DNA of 64,000 nucleotides, from contig CASFOZ010000005.1 in the NCBI GenBank assembly GCA_949296455.1, positions 1 to 64,000 on the forward strand, read 5' to 3'. Position 1 is the first letter of the stretch. Each line of letters begins with the position of its first letter. The notes under the pieces are model-generated. The model was not told the origin of the DNA and did not search any database. It saw nothing but the letters and a program-made list of their open reading frames with translations. The translations under genes were made by a program, and so were the position numbers. This document shows, one piece after another, positions 19,275 to 29,287 of this stretch. This DNA is from an uncultured Eubacteriales bacterium (GTDB taxonomy: Bacteria > Bacillota > Clostridia > Christensenellales > CALVMC01).

Positions 19275-22200
19275 ATGAAAGGAAATTATTTTGCACATAG
19301 AAAAATATTTAAATTATCAGTAATATTATTGGTGCTTTCAATTTTAATTGCACTTTTTACAGGTGTACTGTTTGCAAATAAAGATAATTATTTTATAACA
19401 AATAATTCTTATTCGGAAATAGATACAGAAAATACCGGAACGATTTACGGTGGAAGCATTACCGAGTATAACGGAACCGTAAGTTCTGCAATTTCCAATG
19501 CTTACACTGCAGCTAAAAATGCCGGTAATTGGCAGGGTTCAATAAATACATCATACAATCCTGCAAGCGAAAGCATAAACTCGGGAAGAGCAGGAACTTT
19601 TACTCAGCCTTACTATATCGATACGGCAGATCAGCTCGTAAAAGCCATTAACAACGCTTCTACAAAAAGCGGTTCCGATTATACTTACGCAAGTTATAAT
19701 AATGCAAATACATACTTTGTTATAAGAAAAGATATTGATCTTGCTTCAAAATTATATATTGTATCCAATCAGTCAAAAGTTAATTTCAATATATCAGGTT
19801 ATGACTATACTGCAATAAGCGGATATGCAAATTTTGCTACATCGACAGGTGTGCAAAGAGACGGAAAAACATATTCTAATACAACCGATCCGCTCAGAGC
19901 AGTTAACGAATACTTAAAAGATAATAATATATTTGATAATGTATCTTCGATAAATGCGACAGGTAATACATTTAAGACTATAAGTAATTTATATTTGGGG
20001 TTTGCTTCTAATAACGGTTTGTTCAACGAATTGGAAGGGAGCGTTTTAGCATTGAATTTTTATAATGTATATTATAATGGAACAGGAAGCAATCTCAACT
20101 TTTTAGGAGCGTTAGCAGCAAAGAAATACGGGTATTCGGTAGCAAGCGTTAATGTAAGGGGGCTTACTTTTAACATAAGCGGAGGTACTTCATCTGGAAA
20201 TAGCGGATATGGCGGAATTTTAGGGTTTGCAACAAATGGCGGACTTATAGATAATTCTGGTTTCGAAGGAGGATTAATTGCAACAAGTCTAAGAAATGTA
20301 GCAGGTATTGTAGGCTTAACAGATACTAATTTTGACGGTTCTTTTGTCGACAATACAGTTTATGGAAATATTTTATCCGGTAGAGGTAATACCGGAGGTT
20401 TAGTAGGATATCTACAAGGGAATTGCGAATTTAGCGGGACTAATATCAATAATGCAGATATCGAATCGAATTCGGGCTCTTTAGGCGGTATAATTGGAAT
20501 TTTTTCGGGAAGTTCTACAAGTTTACAAATAAGCGGAAACACTAAAAATTTAGGAAATATTCGAGGAACCAGTTCGGTAGGCGGAATAATAGGAACGGTA
20601 AGAGGATATGTAATTATGTCTGATGCCGTAAACGGTTATAACGGCGGTGCCTCAGACAATAATTCAGTAGGAAATTATTGCGATCCTAATGCAAGCATTC
20701 AAGCTTCCGGAAGCGGCGTTGGTGGACTTTTTGGATATGTGTATAGCCAAATTGAAATTAGTAATTGCCATAATTTTATGGAAATCATGTCAGGGCCCAA
20801 ATACGATGTAGGAGGATTAATGGGTATAATTCAAAGCGGTAGCGTTATAGATTCCTGTGTTAACCACGCAGATATATCAATGTTCGACATTTCAAATCTG
20901 GGCGGAATAGTAGGAGTACTCTACGGAGACTCTGAAATTAAAAATAGTGTAAATTACGGAAATATTTCAGCTAAATCAAACGCAGGCGGAATAGCCGGCA
21001 TATCTTATGCTACTATAGAAAATCAAGTATTTAGTGGGTGTAAAAACTATGGAACAATTGCATGTATATCAGGAAGAGCGGCAGGAATCTTTGCTGCGGT
21101 TCATTCTACTGTTAATAATTTAATTATAGAAAACTGTTCTAATTTCGGCTCGGTTTATAACGCTTCTACTATGAACAAGGTAGGAACTGCGAAACCGGGC
21201 GGCGGCACCTACTCTTACGAAGAGGCTTTTAAAGAAAGTTCTTACTCTGCAGCAGCTGCATATGTGGCAGGCATTTTAGGTTATTACGATAATTTTAATG
21301 TAACGGGAGGGGTTACTGTACAAAACTGTACTAACGGAACCTCAGGGACAAACAGTGTGATCAAATCGTCTTATCGCTATATAGGCGGTATTGTCGGAGG
21401 TAGCGGTCTTGCGGAGGACGGAACAGGTACTTTATACGATAATTTCTTTATAACCTTAAAAAATAACACAAATTATATGGATATCTCGGGTTGCGGGTAT
21501 GCAGGCGGACTCTACGGTCATATGAGAGGAAAAATTAAACTTACCATAGGGAACCCCGATATAGATACCAAAACTTACGGAAATTTCGGAACAATAACTT
21601 CTTTTCATTCAACAAGTGCCGATATAGGTTCTATTGCAGGTTGTATAAGGGGAACTCTCGACCTTGTAGGAGACAATGCTTATAAAAATGAAGAAACAAT
21701 CGAGACAAGCGAAGCGGCTACAACCGCAGGTGGTATAATAGGATTTATAGAAGGCACGGGCAGCAATACAATAGAGCTCAGCGCCAACTGGGCAAACGAA
21801 GCCGATATCGTAACCGGCAGAAGTTATGTCGGAGGAATAATCGGCGGAACCAGCAGAGCAAACTTTGTAATTTCCGGCGCAATGTACAATACAGGAGATA
21901 TCATTTGTAAAGCGGGAACAACTTATATAGGCGGTTTGTTTGGCAGCATGGCTTTGTCTCTTAGCATAAAAGCTTATATTTATAACGAAGGTAATGTTTA
22001 CAGTCAGCTCAAAACCACTGACAGTACGGTCAGCAGTGCTTCGGGAAGCATAGGCGGAATTGTCGGAAATGTAGGCGGTAAACTTGAATTTACACAAAGC
22101 GCCGCAGGCTCTTACAACAGCGGTATAGTTTACGCCAATTTCAGAAAGGTCGGCGGTATTGCAGGTAATGTGGGCGGTACGGTATCGATGACCGGAGTTA

Positions 22201-25200
22201 TCAGTGACGAAAATGAAAAAATAAAAGATAAACAATATCCCACAATAAACATTTACAAACCGGGAAGCGATGATGCAGAAGTAGTTACAGTTCTTTCAAC
22301 GGTTTTTGCAGAAGCCTATGCCGGAGGATTTATAGGATATATGACAGGGACGACCGCAAGCTTTACGAACTGTATCAATTACGCTTCCGTTTACTGTACG
22401 GCAAACGATGTCGCAGGCTTTATCGGACAGGGTAATTCTATTACAAGTTTAAGCATGGTTAACTGCAAAAATTACGGCGATATCGCAACCCAGGCTTCGT
22501 GGGCGGGCGGTTTTACCGGTGGCGCACCTCTTGGAGTATATGTAGAAAACTGTGCAAATTACGGTAATATTTCAACTCGTATGAGTCAAAGTGCGGCAGG
22601 TTTCTTCTCGGGAATAGGTTTTAACGATAAAACAGCTTATTCGGTAACTATTAAAAACTCCTTTAACGCAGGTAACATAGCGGGCGCTCTTACAACGGGC
22701 GGACTCATAGGTTATATAAGAAACGCTGAAACCGTCGAAATTACTGACTCATACAGTACGGGCAATGTTTCTGTTGAAAGTGTCGGGACGGGTATTCAGG
22801 CTAGATCGATGGGCGGACTTATTGGTCATGCCGAAAGATTCAATTCCTTAACGCTCAGCAATTGTTATGTGGATTGCGAGAAAGTAGGCGACATAAGCTC
22901 TTTACGAATCGGAGGATTAGTCGGGTATATTTATTACGCAAAGGCGGGTACTGTAAATATCAATAACTGTTATGTGGATATCGATACCATTGTTTCATCG
23001 AGAGATGTAAGCGGAAGTATCGGGGGTATTTCATCTAACGCAAATATTGACAGCAGATTTATTATGAAAGACTGTTATTTTGCGGGCGAATCAATTACCG
23101 GTCAGACCATTGCAGGCGGAATTTTAGGTTTTACCGATGGGCTGAGAGAGATAACCGTTCAAAGAGTTGCTTGTCTTTACTTTGGAATCGAAATTACGAC
23201 AGCAGGAAAGGCTGTTTCAGCTCTTGCTCAGAGTCTTTATGATGTTTCAGGCACCGTTCTTTTCGAAGATATTTATGTAACCAGCAAATTGATTGCGGCA
23301 AACGGGACAGGAGATGTTTCATTGTTTGTAGAATATTTAGAATTTGACAATGCTTACCGAGATTTAAGCGTAACAATTAAAAATTATTATTTCAGCGGAA
23401 ATCCCCAAGATTTCGACTATTTTCAAGGAAGTGAAGATTCAAGCGCAAAAAATAATTATTATAAAGGGAATGTATCGGCAAAACACGCAAATTATTTCGG
23501 CGCAATTGACAATAACAGTAACGGAACGAGTTACAAAAAAACACTCAGTATTCACGATACCTATATAACAAAACTTTCGCAGACCATATCTTTCGACGAA
23601 ATAGGCGGTTCTTCTAATTTTTCCTCAACTTCGGCAGCTGACTTCAACCCGTCTTCAACAAATAACTGCGATTATGAGTTCGGTACGGGAACCGATAATC
23701 TGTTTGTAAATTACAGCGATTTACAAAATATCGATAATTTTAACGGATGGGGAGTTACTCAAGATGTAAGAAGCGGCAGTGCAAACACTTCTTCCACGCC
23801 GTGGGGAATCGACGCTGCCGTAAACGACGGTAAGCCCTTCCTTATCGTTGCAACGATGAAAGAGATCAATATATACTACAATAACATCGGCGACGATCTC
23901 GATATATTCGATAACTCGATTATAAGAAATGTCGATGAAAGGAATAACGAGACCGTAGTTAGTATTATAAGTTATTTTTCCGATACTTTATCTTACAATG
24001 ATATTAAAAACGGCAAACAGGACGACAGCGGTTATAGTTATATCAATGAAATAAAAAGAGTCGGTTATAATGTCAGCGAATTATATAAAGCAAGACAAGA
24101 AAACGGTTCCTATTTAGCAAGCGATAAATATACGGAAATGCCCGTTTCATCGCCGGATAAAGTAATGACATTGAGAAACGGAGCCGATATATATATTTCA
24201 TATTCTGCGATAGAATATACTATAATTATTCCTAACGGCGGTGCGGTTAATGTTGCAGGCGCTGCAAATAATAAATTTACCATAGATAATTTAAGCGGAA
24301 TTAGTATAACGAATAATAATGAAGGACAGTCTTCCTCGTTTGTATATTTTGCGTTACAGAATATAGACGGCGAATACGATTCCGTTGGCGAGAGCAGTAT
24401 GGTTCTTATTGAGGGTTCTCAGGGGACGACAAGTGCGGTATATAAATTGAATTTCGAAGCTTTTATCAACCAACAGCTCATACACAACTATGCAAAATCT
24501 TCCGGTGGTAATATGTCTCTTACCTTTAAGGCTATGTTTATCGAAGTATACGAGGTAACTTTCAATTTATCGGCTGATACCTTCCCGTCCTATGTTACCG
24601 TAATTAATTCAAGCGGAGTATCGGTAGATTTCGGAAATACGATAAGTATCGAAGCGGGAAAACAGGAAACATACACTATTATATTAACAAAGCATTACGA
24701 GCTAGAAAAAGGACCCGTAGATGAATCAACCGGTTCTCCGATAGAAGGAAATACCGCAAATTATAATTACGATAAAACAAAAATGGTTCTTACTATAACC
24801 AATACCAATGCAAACGAAAAATATAATTTTACTATCTATGTTCAGGCAATAGAATATACGGTAGAATACAAATTATATAACACTTCGGGCGAGATATTAA
24901 TGCCGGAGCCGGGCGATATAACATTGGCGACGGAAAGTGCGGTTGTTACGGTAGGAAACGTAATCAGTGCGCAGAATATTTCCATAAATCCGGACAGCGT
25001 CTATAAGTTCGTTACATACAGATACCGTTATACCGAAAACGGCAATGTTAAAACCGAAGATATAGATACGCAGGGCTCGACTGTTTTAGGAACTATTGTT
25101 TGTACTGCCGATTATCTCGATAAATATGTAACCGACGGCAAAATTGTATTTGAGATAATATTCGAGTCAGACGCAACTTTAATTTTAACTATCGGCAATA

Positions 25201-26639
25201 TTGCAGATTGGGACAATGATTACGGTTCGGTAATAATAAATATTTATGATGAAAATTATGTAATGCAGTCAACCGAAACTGTATCAAGGCTTATCAGCGA
25301 GTTCGAACAATCCTTCGACGTCGGATTTATTATAGAGATAATTCCGTGGGTTAATAATCATTTCGAAATAACTGCCTTTACATTGAACGGCGAAAATACC
25401 GAGCTTATTAACGAGAAATTAACCTTGCAGTTAGACTCAAACAAAACCGTCAATATAGAAATGGATTATATCAAGTACGGTATAAGATATTCTATAGTCG
25501 ATGAAAATCATACCGAAATCGACGGCGTTATGGATAATGTTACAATAGAGCTTGAAACAGGACTCGATTATATCACGGCAAGAGGAGACAATGTCACGGG
25601 TCAGATTAGTGAGATTGCAGGTTACGGATTCAATTCTTGGGGAATTTACTATATGGGTGAATTTATCCCATTCAGCGCAAGCGACTATTCGACGGACGGT
25701 TCTCTTAACAGTGCCGAAATAACTCTTTATATATTAGATAATTATATCGACGACAACGGCGAACTGGTAATAGCTAGCAGATTATATACTTTGTTCGATA
25801 TCGATGTTGTGCTTGCCGATATCGGAGACGATTTAGGCGAATTCGAAATCAGAATTTATAACGATATTTTAGACGAATACGGCGACCCTGTGAATATCGA
25901 AGATATCGAAAGTATGCCTTATCTTACTTTGATTAAAGTTACTGCTCTTCCCGGAGAATATTACGATTTCAGACAGTTTATCGGAATATCCGAAGATGAA
26001 ATCAATCAGGAAGATTCTAATATCGCAGAATTCTATCTTACCGAATCGAGAACGGTTATGCTGTATTTCGAAGCAAGACCTATAGCAATTTCAGTTATTG
26101 AAGATTTAACCAGTGCTTCCGGTGAATTGGTTGTTTCAAATTCAAGCGGCAACACCGACAGCTGGAAAGCAGGTGACACTTTGTCATTTACTTTCAACGG
26201 CGCTTTCGGTCAGGAAATCAAAAGCTTCAGCTTCAACGGAATGGACGCAAAAGAATTGTCAACTACTTATGAAAATATAAACTATGCTAACGGAATCCTT
26301 ACGGTTACAATGACTGCCGAATTCCTTGAAACATTGGAAAATAATGATTTCAATATATCCGTTACTTCTCAAATCGGAACGATTTATCTTATAATGTTGT
26401 TAAGCATTATAATTATTCCGATAGTACTAACTATTTTGATTTTGATTTTCGTGATAATCAACATCAAGAGAAGAAAGAAAGCTATGGAAATTGTCGCTCA
26501 AAGAAAAGCTTCAAAATCAAGATTCGAAGCTTCCAATATGGTAAGCGAACTCAGACAAGGTACTTATAAACAGGCAGACAGAAGCGTTTCCAAAGAAGAA
26601 ATCGAGCGTCAGCTTAAAGCAAGAAAAGATAATAAGTAA
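19275..26639 (+). CDS. Giant surface protein B2 (2454 aa), a paralog of B1
   Basis: Starts 17 nt after A2 with RBS aggagg. Collinear with B1 (NWQGSINTSYNPASE, the Cys-ladder rungs, NFNGWGVTQDVRSGSANTSSTPWGIDAAVNDGKPFL). The C-terminal TM plus tail (IKRRKKAMEIVAQRKASKSRFEASNMVSELRQGTYKQADRSVSKEEIERQLKARKDNK) is nearly identical to that of B1. Confidence 0.9.
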   Translation: MKGNYFAHRKIFKLSVILLVLSILIALFTGVLFANKDNYFITNNSYSEIDTENTGTIYGGSITEYNGTVSSAISNAYTAAKNAGNWQGSINTSYNPASESINSGRAGTFTQPYYIDTADQLVKAINNASTKSGSDYTYASYNNANTYFVIRKDIDLASKLYIVSNQSKVNFNISGYDYTAISGYANFATSTGVQRDGKTYSNTTDPLRAVNEYLKDNNIFDNVSSINATGNTFKTISNLYLGFASNNGLFNELEGSVLALNFYNVYYNGTGSNLNFLGALAAKKYGYSVASVNVRGLTFNISGGTSSGNSGYGGILGFATNGGLIDNSGFEGGLIATSLRNVAGIVGLTDTNFDGSFVDNTVYGNILSGRGNTGGLVGYLQGNCEFSGTNINNADIESNSGSLGGIIGIFSGSSTSLQISGNTKNLGNIRGTSSVGGIIGTVRGYVIMSDAVNGYNGGASDNNSVGNYCDPNASIQASGSGVGGLFGYVYSQIEISNCHNFMEIMSGPKYDVGGLMGIIQSGSVIDSCVNHADISMFDISNLGGIVGVLYGDSEIKNSVNYGNISAKSNAGGIAGISYATIENQVFSGCKNYGTIACISGRAAGIFAAVHSTVNNLIIENCSNFGSVYNASTMNKVGTAKPGGGTYSYEEAFKESSYSAAAAYVAGILGYYDNFNVTGGVTVQNCTNGTSGTNSVIKSSYRYIGGIVGGSGLAEDGTGTLYDNFFITLKNNTNYMDISGCGYAGGLYGHMRGKIKLTIGNPDIDTKTYGNFGTITSFHSTSADIGSIAGCIRGTLDLVGDNAYKNEETIETSEAATTAGGIIGFIEGTGSNTIELSANWANEADIVTGRSYVGGIIGGTSRANFVISGAMYNTGDIICKAGTTYIGGLFGSMALSLSIKAYIYNEGNVYSQLKTTDSTVSSASGSIGGIVGNVGGKLEFTQSAAGSYNSGIVYANFRKVGGIAGNVGGTVSMTGVISDENEKIKDKQYPTINIYKPGSDDAEVVTVLSTVFAEAYAGGFIGYMTGTTASFTNCINYASVYCTANDVAGFIGQGNSITSLSMVNCKNYGDIATQASWAGGFTGGAPLGVYVENCANYGNISTRMSQSAAGFFSGIGFNDKTAYSVTIKNSFNAGNIAGALTTGGLIGYIRNAETVEITDSYSTGNVSVESVGTGIQARSMGGLIGHAERFNSLTLSNCYVDCEKVGDISSLRIGGLVGYIYYAKAGTVNINNCYVDIDTIVSSRDVSGSIGGISSNANIDSRFIMKDCYFAGESITGQTIAGGILGFTDGLREITVQRVACLYFGIEITTAGKAVSALAQSLYDVSGTVLFEDIYVTSKLIAANGTGDVSLFVEYLEFDNAYRDLSVTIKNYYFSGNPQDFDYFQGSEDSSAKNNYYKGNVSAKHANYFGAIDNNSNGTSYKKTLSIHDTYITKLSQTISFDEIGGSSNFSSTSAADFNPSSTNNCDYEFGTGTDNLFVNYSDLQNIDNFNGWGVTQDVRSGSANTSSTPWGIDAAVNDGKPFLIVATMKEINIYYNNIGDDLDIFDNSIIRNVDERNNETVVSIISYFSDTLSYNDIKNGKQDDSGYSYINEIKRVGYNVSELYKARQENGSYLASDKYTEMPVSSPDKVMTLRNGADIYISYSAIEYTIIIPNGGAVNVAGAANNKFTIDNLSGISITNNNEGQSSSFVYFALQNIDGEYDSVGESSMVLIEGSQGTTSAVYKLNFEAFINQQLIHNYAKSSGGNMSLTFKAMFIEVYEVTFNLSADTFPSYVTVINSSGVSVDFGNTISIEAGKQETYTIILTKHYELEKGPVDESTGSPIEGNTANYNYDKTKMVLTITNTNANEKYNFTIYVQAIEYTVEYKLYNTSGEILMPEPGDITLATESAVVTVGNVISAQNISINPDSVYKFVTYRYRYTENGNVKTEDIDTQGSTVLGTIVCTADYLDKYVTDGKIVFEIIFESDATLILTIGNIADWDNDYGSVIINIYDENYVMQSTETVSRLISEFEQSFDVGFIIEIIPWVNNHFEITAFTLNGENTELINEKLTLQLDSNKTVNIEMDYIKYGIRYSIVDENHTEIDGVMDNVTIELETGLDYITARGDNVTGQISEIAGYGFNSWGIYYMGEFIPFSASDYSTDGSLNSAEITLYILDNYIDDNGELVIASRLYTLFDIDVVLADIGDDLGEFEIRIYNDILDEYGDPVNIEDIESMPYLTLIKVTALPGEYYDFRQFIGISEDEINQEDSNIAEFYLTESRTVMLYFEARPIAISVIEDLTSASGELVVSNSSGNTDSWKAGDTLSFTFNGAFGQEIKSFSFNGMDAKELSTTYENINYANGILTVTMTAEFLETLENNDFNISVTSQIGTIYLIMLLSIIIIPIVLTILILIFVIINIKRRKKAMEIVAQRKASKSRFEASNMVSELRQGTYKQADRSVSKEEIERQLKARKDNK

Positions 26640-26660
26640 TTATAGCGATTCAATAGAAAA

Positions 26661-26687
26661 ACTCCGAAAAATTCGGAGTTTTTTTAT
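26661..26687 (+). terminator. Rho-independent terminator after B2
   Basis: actccgaa-aaa-ttcggagt perfect hairpin followed by ttttttt. Confidence 0.85.
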
Positions 26688-26737
26688 TGCAAATTTTTAT
26701 TAATATAATTAAATTAATAATTTTTTTGCTTATATCT

Positions 26738-26766
26738 ATTGAAAAGATATATATTTTGTGCTAAAA
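26738..26766 (+). promoter_or_regulatory. Putative promoter (TTGAAA-17-TGcTAAAAT, extended -10) for the SPFH/zinc-ribbon gene
   Basis: ttgaaa at 26738-43, a 17-nt spacer ending in tgc, taaaat at 26761-66. RBS aaggag precedes the ATG at 26834. Confidence 0.5.
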
Positions 26767-26833
26767 TAATATCATTAATATTAGGAATTTTATTTTTATT
26801 CCTGTTTTATTAAGTTAGTTTAAGGAGCACGCT

Positions 26834-29287
26834 ATGGGGTTTTCGAAAAACCAGTTTTGTAAACATGTTGAATGGGAAGACAAGTCGTCAGACAGTATCG
26901 GTTTAAGATTTATCTCTAACGGCGATAAGGAAATCTCTAAAAATTCAAAAGTTATCGTTGAGGACAATCAACTCGCTTTATTTTATTTGGAAGGTCAAAT
27001 CACCGATGTTTTTTGGCCGGGTACTTATAAACTTTCCGATTCCGATAAGGTCGCTGTGACTTCGGAAATGTTAGGGTGGAGGCATCCTTTCGATACCCCC
27101 TATGAAGGCGATGTGTATTTTTTCAATACCGATAGTTTTTCAAAACAAAAATGGGTAACTCATTCTGCCGTAACCGTAAACGATAATGAAAGCGGTGGAG
27201 TTAAAATAAAATGTTTCGGAACTTTTTCTTATAATGTTATAAACCCCGGCAATCTTATTGCCAAAGCTTTCGGAGCAAAACCTCTTCTTAAAACCTCCGA
27301 TTTGGAAGCTTCTTTAAACGATATAATTACCAAAAATATTCCCGCTATTTTTTCGGAAAGTAAAATTTCCGTAAAAGCGGCAATTTCCGATTCAAGCGCT
27401 CTTTCCGAGACTGCTCTAAATGTCTTACAGAACGATTTTTCGGAATTAGGTTTAGAAGTAAGAGCTTTTGCTTTTGATAATATTACAAACGAGGATGAAA
27501 AGCCTACTTTAGCGGCTTACGAGGAAACGCCCGTCGAAATCAAAACCACAAAAACGGAAAATTTCCAAAATACTAACCAGCAGATACAATACCCGAATCA
27601 ACAAATGCCGCAATCAAATCAGCAGATACATTATCCGAATCAGCAGCCGCATTCTAACCAACAAATACAATATCCTAACCAACAGGCTCAGGCTTCAAGA
27701 TCGGAATCGGTTCAGTCACAACAGCAAAGACCGTCTAATCCGTCATCTTACAATAATTATCAAAATTCTTATCTTACACGCTCCCCGATGGGCGGAGCCA
27801 GCGGTGGCGGACTTGCTATAAACGACGCTTTTCTTAGAGCTAAAGGTGTTCAGCAGACAAATAAATTAGAAGAAAGAAAGGAATGTCCGAAGTGTCATAC
27901 TATGGTAAAAATTTCTTCAAGGTTTTGTCCTAACTGCGGCAGCGAAGTTAATGCGAAAAAAACTTGCAGTAATTGCGGAGCAGAAATAAACAGCAATGCC
28001 AAGTTTTGTCCTGAATGCGGAAAAACCGTTACCGATATTTTAGAATCAAAGAAAAATTGTCCCAACTGCGGTGCGGAACTCAAACCGGGAGCAAAATTCT
28101 GTCCTGAGTGCGGTACTTCTGTTTTGAATAATACTGTTTCTGCAAATATGCCTGCAAATCAGAATTCTGCCATAAACCAGAATGATTCCTTTGACGCAAA
28201 TCAGAGTGTACATGAAATTAGAGAGACGGTTGAAAATCCAAACGCTTCACAATTACGGAAAGATGAAAGCGAGGTTAATAATACTGTTTCAAGTGAAAGA
28301 CCTTTCGAAAACAATAATATTACTTCTTCCATGGACTCTTCTTCCGAAGAAAAAAAATCCGATATCTTAGAAAGCGAAAATGTTCAAGGTCAAAGTATCA
28401 AGAATTTGGAAAGCGAAAATGAAAACGATTTATCCGCAAACAGTGCTTCCGAAGAGTCGTTACAGACTGAAAGCAATAGTTTGAATGACGGTGAAAATCA
28501 CGCTCAATTCGTTGAGAACGGTTCTGTTTCGGAAGTTTTAAGTTCCGATAATAAAAAAGAAACGGCAGATTTAATCGACGAAACGAATAATGAAAATAGT
28601 GAAAATTTTAATCAGCAAAATATAGATAAGGAAGATAATAATGTTGTCGCCGAATCCGATTCGGAAGAAAAGGTAAATATAAATTTGTCTTCCGAAAATG
28701 AAGAAGTATCGCAAAACCCTATAAATAATGTTTCGGAAAATACTTCTGAATCTTCCGATTCCGATTTAAAAAATGCGGACACAAACGAAATTGAAGAAAA
28801 AAGTTCAGACAATTCTTTAAATCAAGACAGTATTAATGAAAGTAACGAAGAACGGTTTTTAAATCAGAACGAACAGATTGCTGAAAATCAAGATATTGAA
28901 GATAACTCTATTTCGGACAGCAGATACGAAAATCAATCCGTTGACGAGACTAATAATTTAAATGCTAACCTTGAAAACTTATCTCAGCAAAAAAACAGTT
29001 TTCAGAACGATATCGAAATGATGAAAAAAATAATCGTGGAAAGTGATAATGTTTCAAGAGAAAACACGGTTAAAAGTTCGGCTTTTGAAAACGATATCAA
29101 AAATATTTATCAAGGCGAGCAACCTAAAATGCCGTCGTCCGAAAATTCCGTTCCGTTTACAAACGGCGGTATGAATCAAAATCCGAATAACGATATCCAG
29201 TCAAGATTACAGCAGAATATCAATTCTTCGCAAAATAATTTCGCAGGTCAAAATGCGGAAAATTCCGAAGATGATAAAAAAAAATGA
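26834..29287 (+). CDS. SPFH-type (Band_7_1 / YdjI-like) domain protein (817 aa). It is fused to a Gln-rich tandem repeat, three double-zinc-ribbon motifs and a long acidic Ser/Asn/Glu-rich disordered tail.
   Basis: The N-terminus MGFSKNQFCKHVEWEDKSSDSIGLRFISNGDKEI...VEDNQLALFYLEGQITDVFWPGTYKLS follows the characteristic opening of Band_7_1 family proteins (MG..F....IEW.D.S.D.L.WRFP....I..G..L.V.E.Q.A.F...GQ..DVF.PG.Y.L). Three repeats of NQQIQYPNQQ. follow, then CPKCHTMVKISSRFCPNCGSEV, CSNCGAEINSNAKFCPECGKTV and CPNCGAELKPGAKFCPECGTSV. The remaining ~380 aa are low-complexity and acidic. Confidence 0.8.
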   Translation: MGFSKNQFCKHVEWEDKSSDSIGLRFISNGDKEISKNSKVIVEDNQLALFYLEGQITDVFWPGTYKLSDSDKVAVTSEMLGWRHPFDTPYEGDVYFFNTDSFSKQKWVTHSAVTVNDNESGGVKIKCFGTFSYNVINPGNLIAKAFGAKPLLKTSDLEASLNDIITKNIPAIFSESKISVKAAISDSSALSETALNVLQNDFSELGLEVRAFAFDNITNEDEKPTLAAYEETPVEIKTTKTENFQNTNQQIQYPNQQMPQSNQQIHYPNQQPHSNQQIQYPNQQAQASRSESVQSQQQRPSNPSSYNNYQNSYLTRSPMGGASGGGLAINDAFLRAKGVQQTNKLEERKECPKCHTMVKISSRFCPNCGSEVNAKKTCSNCGAEINSNAKFCPECGKTVTDILESKKNCPNCGAELKPGAKFCPECGTSVLNNTVSANMPANQNSAINQNDSFDANQSVHEIRETVENPNASQLRKDESEVNNTVSSERPFENNNITSSMDSSSEEKKSDILESENVQGQSIKNLESENENDLSANSASEESLQTESNSLNDGENHAQFVENGSVSEVLSSDNKKETADLIDETNNENSENFNQQNIDKEDNNVVAESDSEEKVNINLSSENEEVSQNPINNVSENTSESSDSDLKNADTNEIEEKSSDNSLNQDSINESNEERFLNQNEQIAENQDIEDNSISDSRYENQSVDETNNLNANLENLSQQKNSFQNDIEMMKKIIVESDNVSRENTVKSSAFENDIKNIYQGEQPKMPSSENSVPFTNGGMNQNPNNDIQSRLQQNINSSQNNFAGQNAENSEDDKKK
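27581..27712 (+). repeat. Three tandem ~40-nt repeats encoding (S/T)NQQI(Q/H)YPNQQ.. inside the SPFH/zinc-ribbon gene
   Basis: TNQQIQYPNQQMPQ / SNQQIHYPNQQPH / SNQQIQYPNQQAQAS read directly from the translation. Confidence 0.7.

Noticed and set aside
21609-22235. 208-aa minus-strand ORF inside B2
   Set aside because: It is antisense to the Gly-rich rung repeats of a 7.4-kb gene. It has a Cys/Ala/Ser-rich nonsense composition, no RBS, and is fully embedded.
851-26639. Sortase (LPXTG), S-layer (SLH), autotransporter or Chlamydia Pmp-like nature of the giant proteins
   Set aside because: No LPXTG-like motif precedes the C-terminal TM helix, and no SLH or choline-binding repeats are visible. 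There is no C-terminal beta-barrel (the C-terminus is a TM helix plus charged tail). The GG(I/V)(I/L)G repeats superficially resemble Pmp GGA(I/L/V) repeats, but the architecture points to Firmicute GLUG-type proteins.
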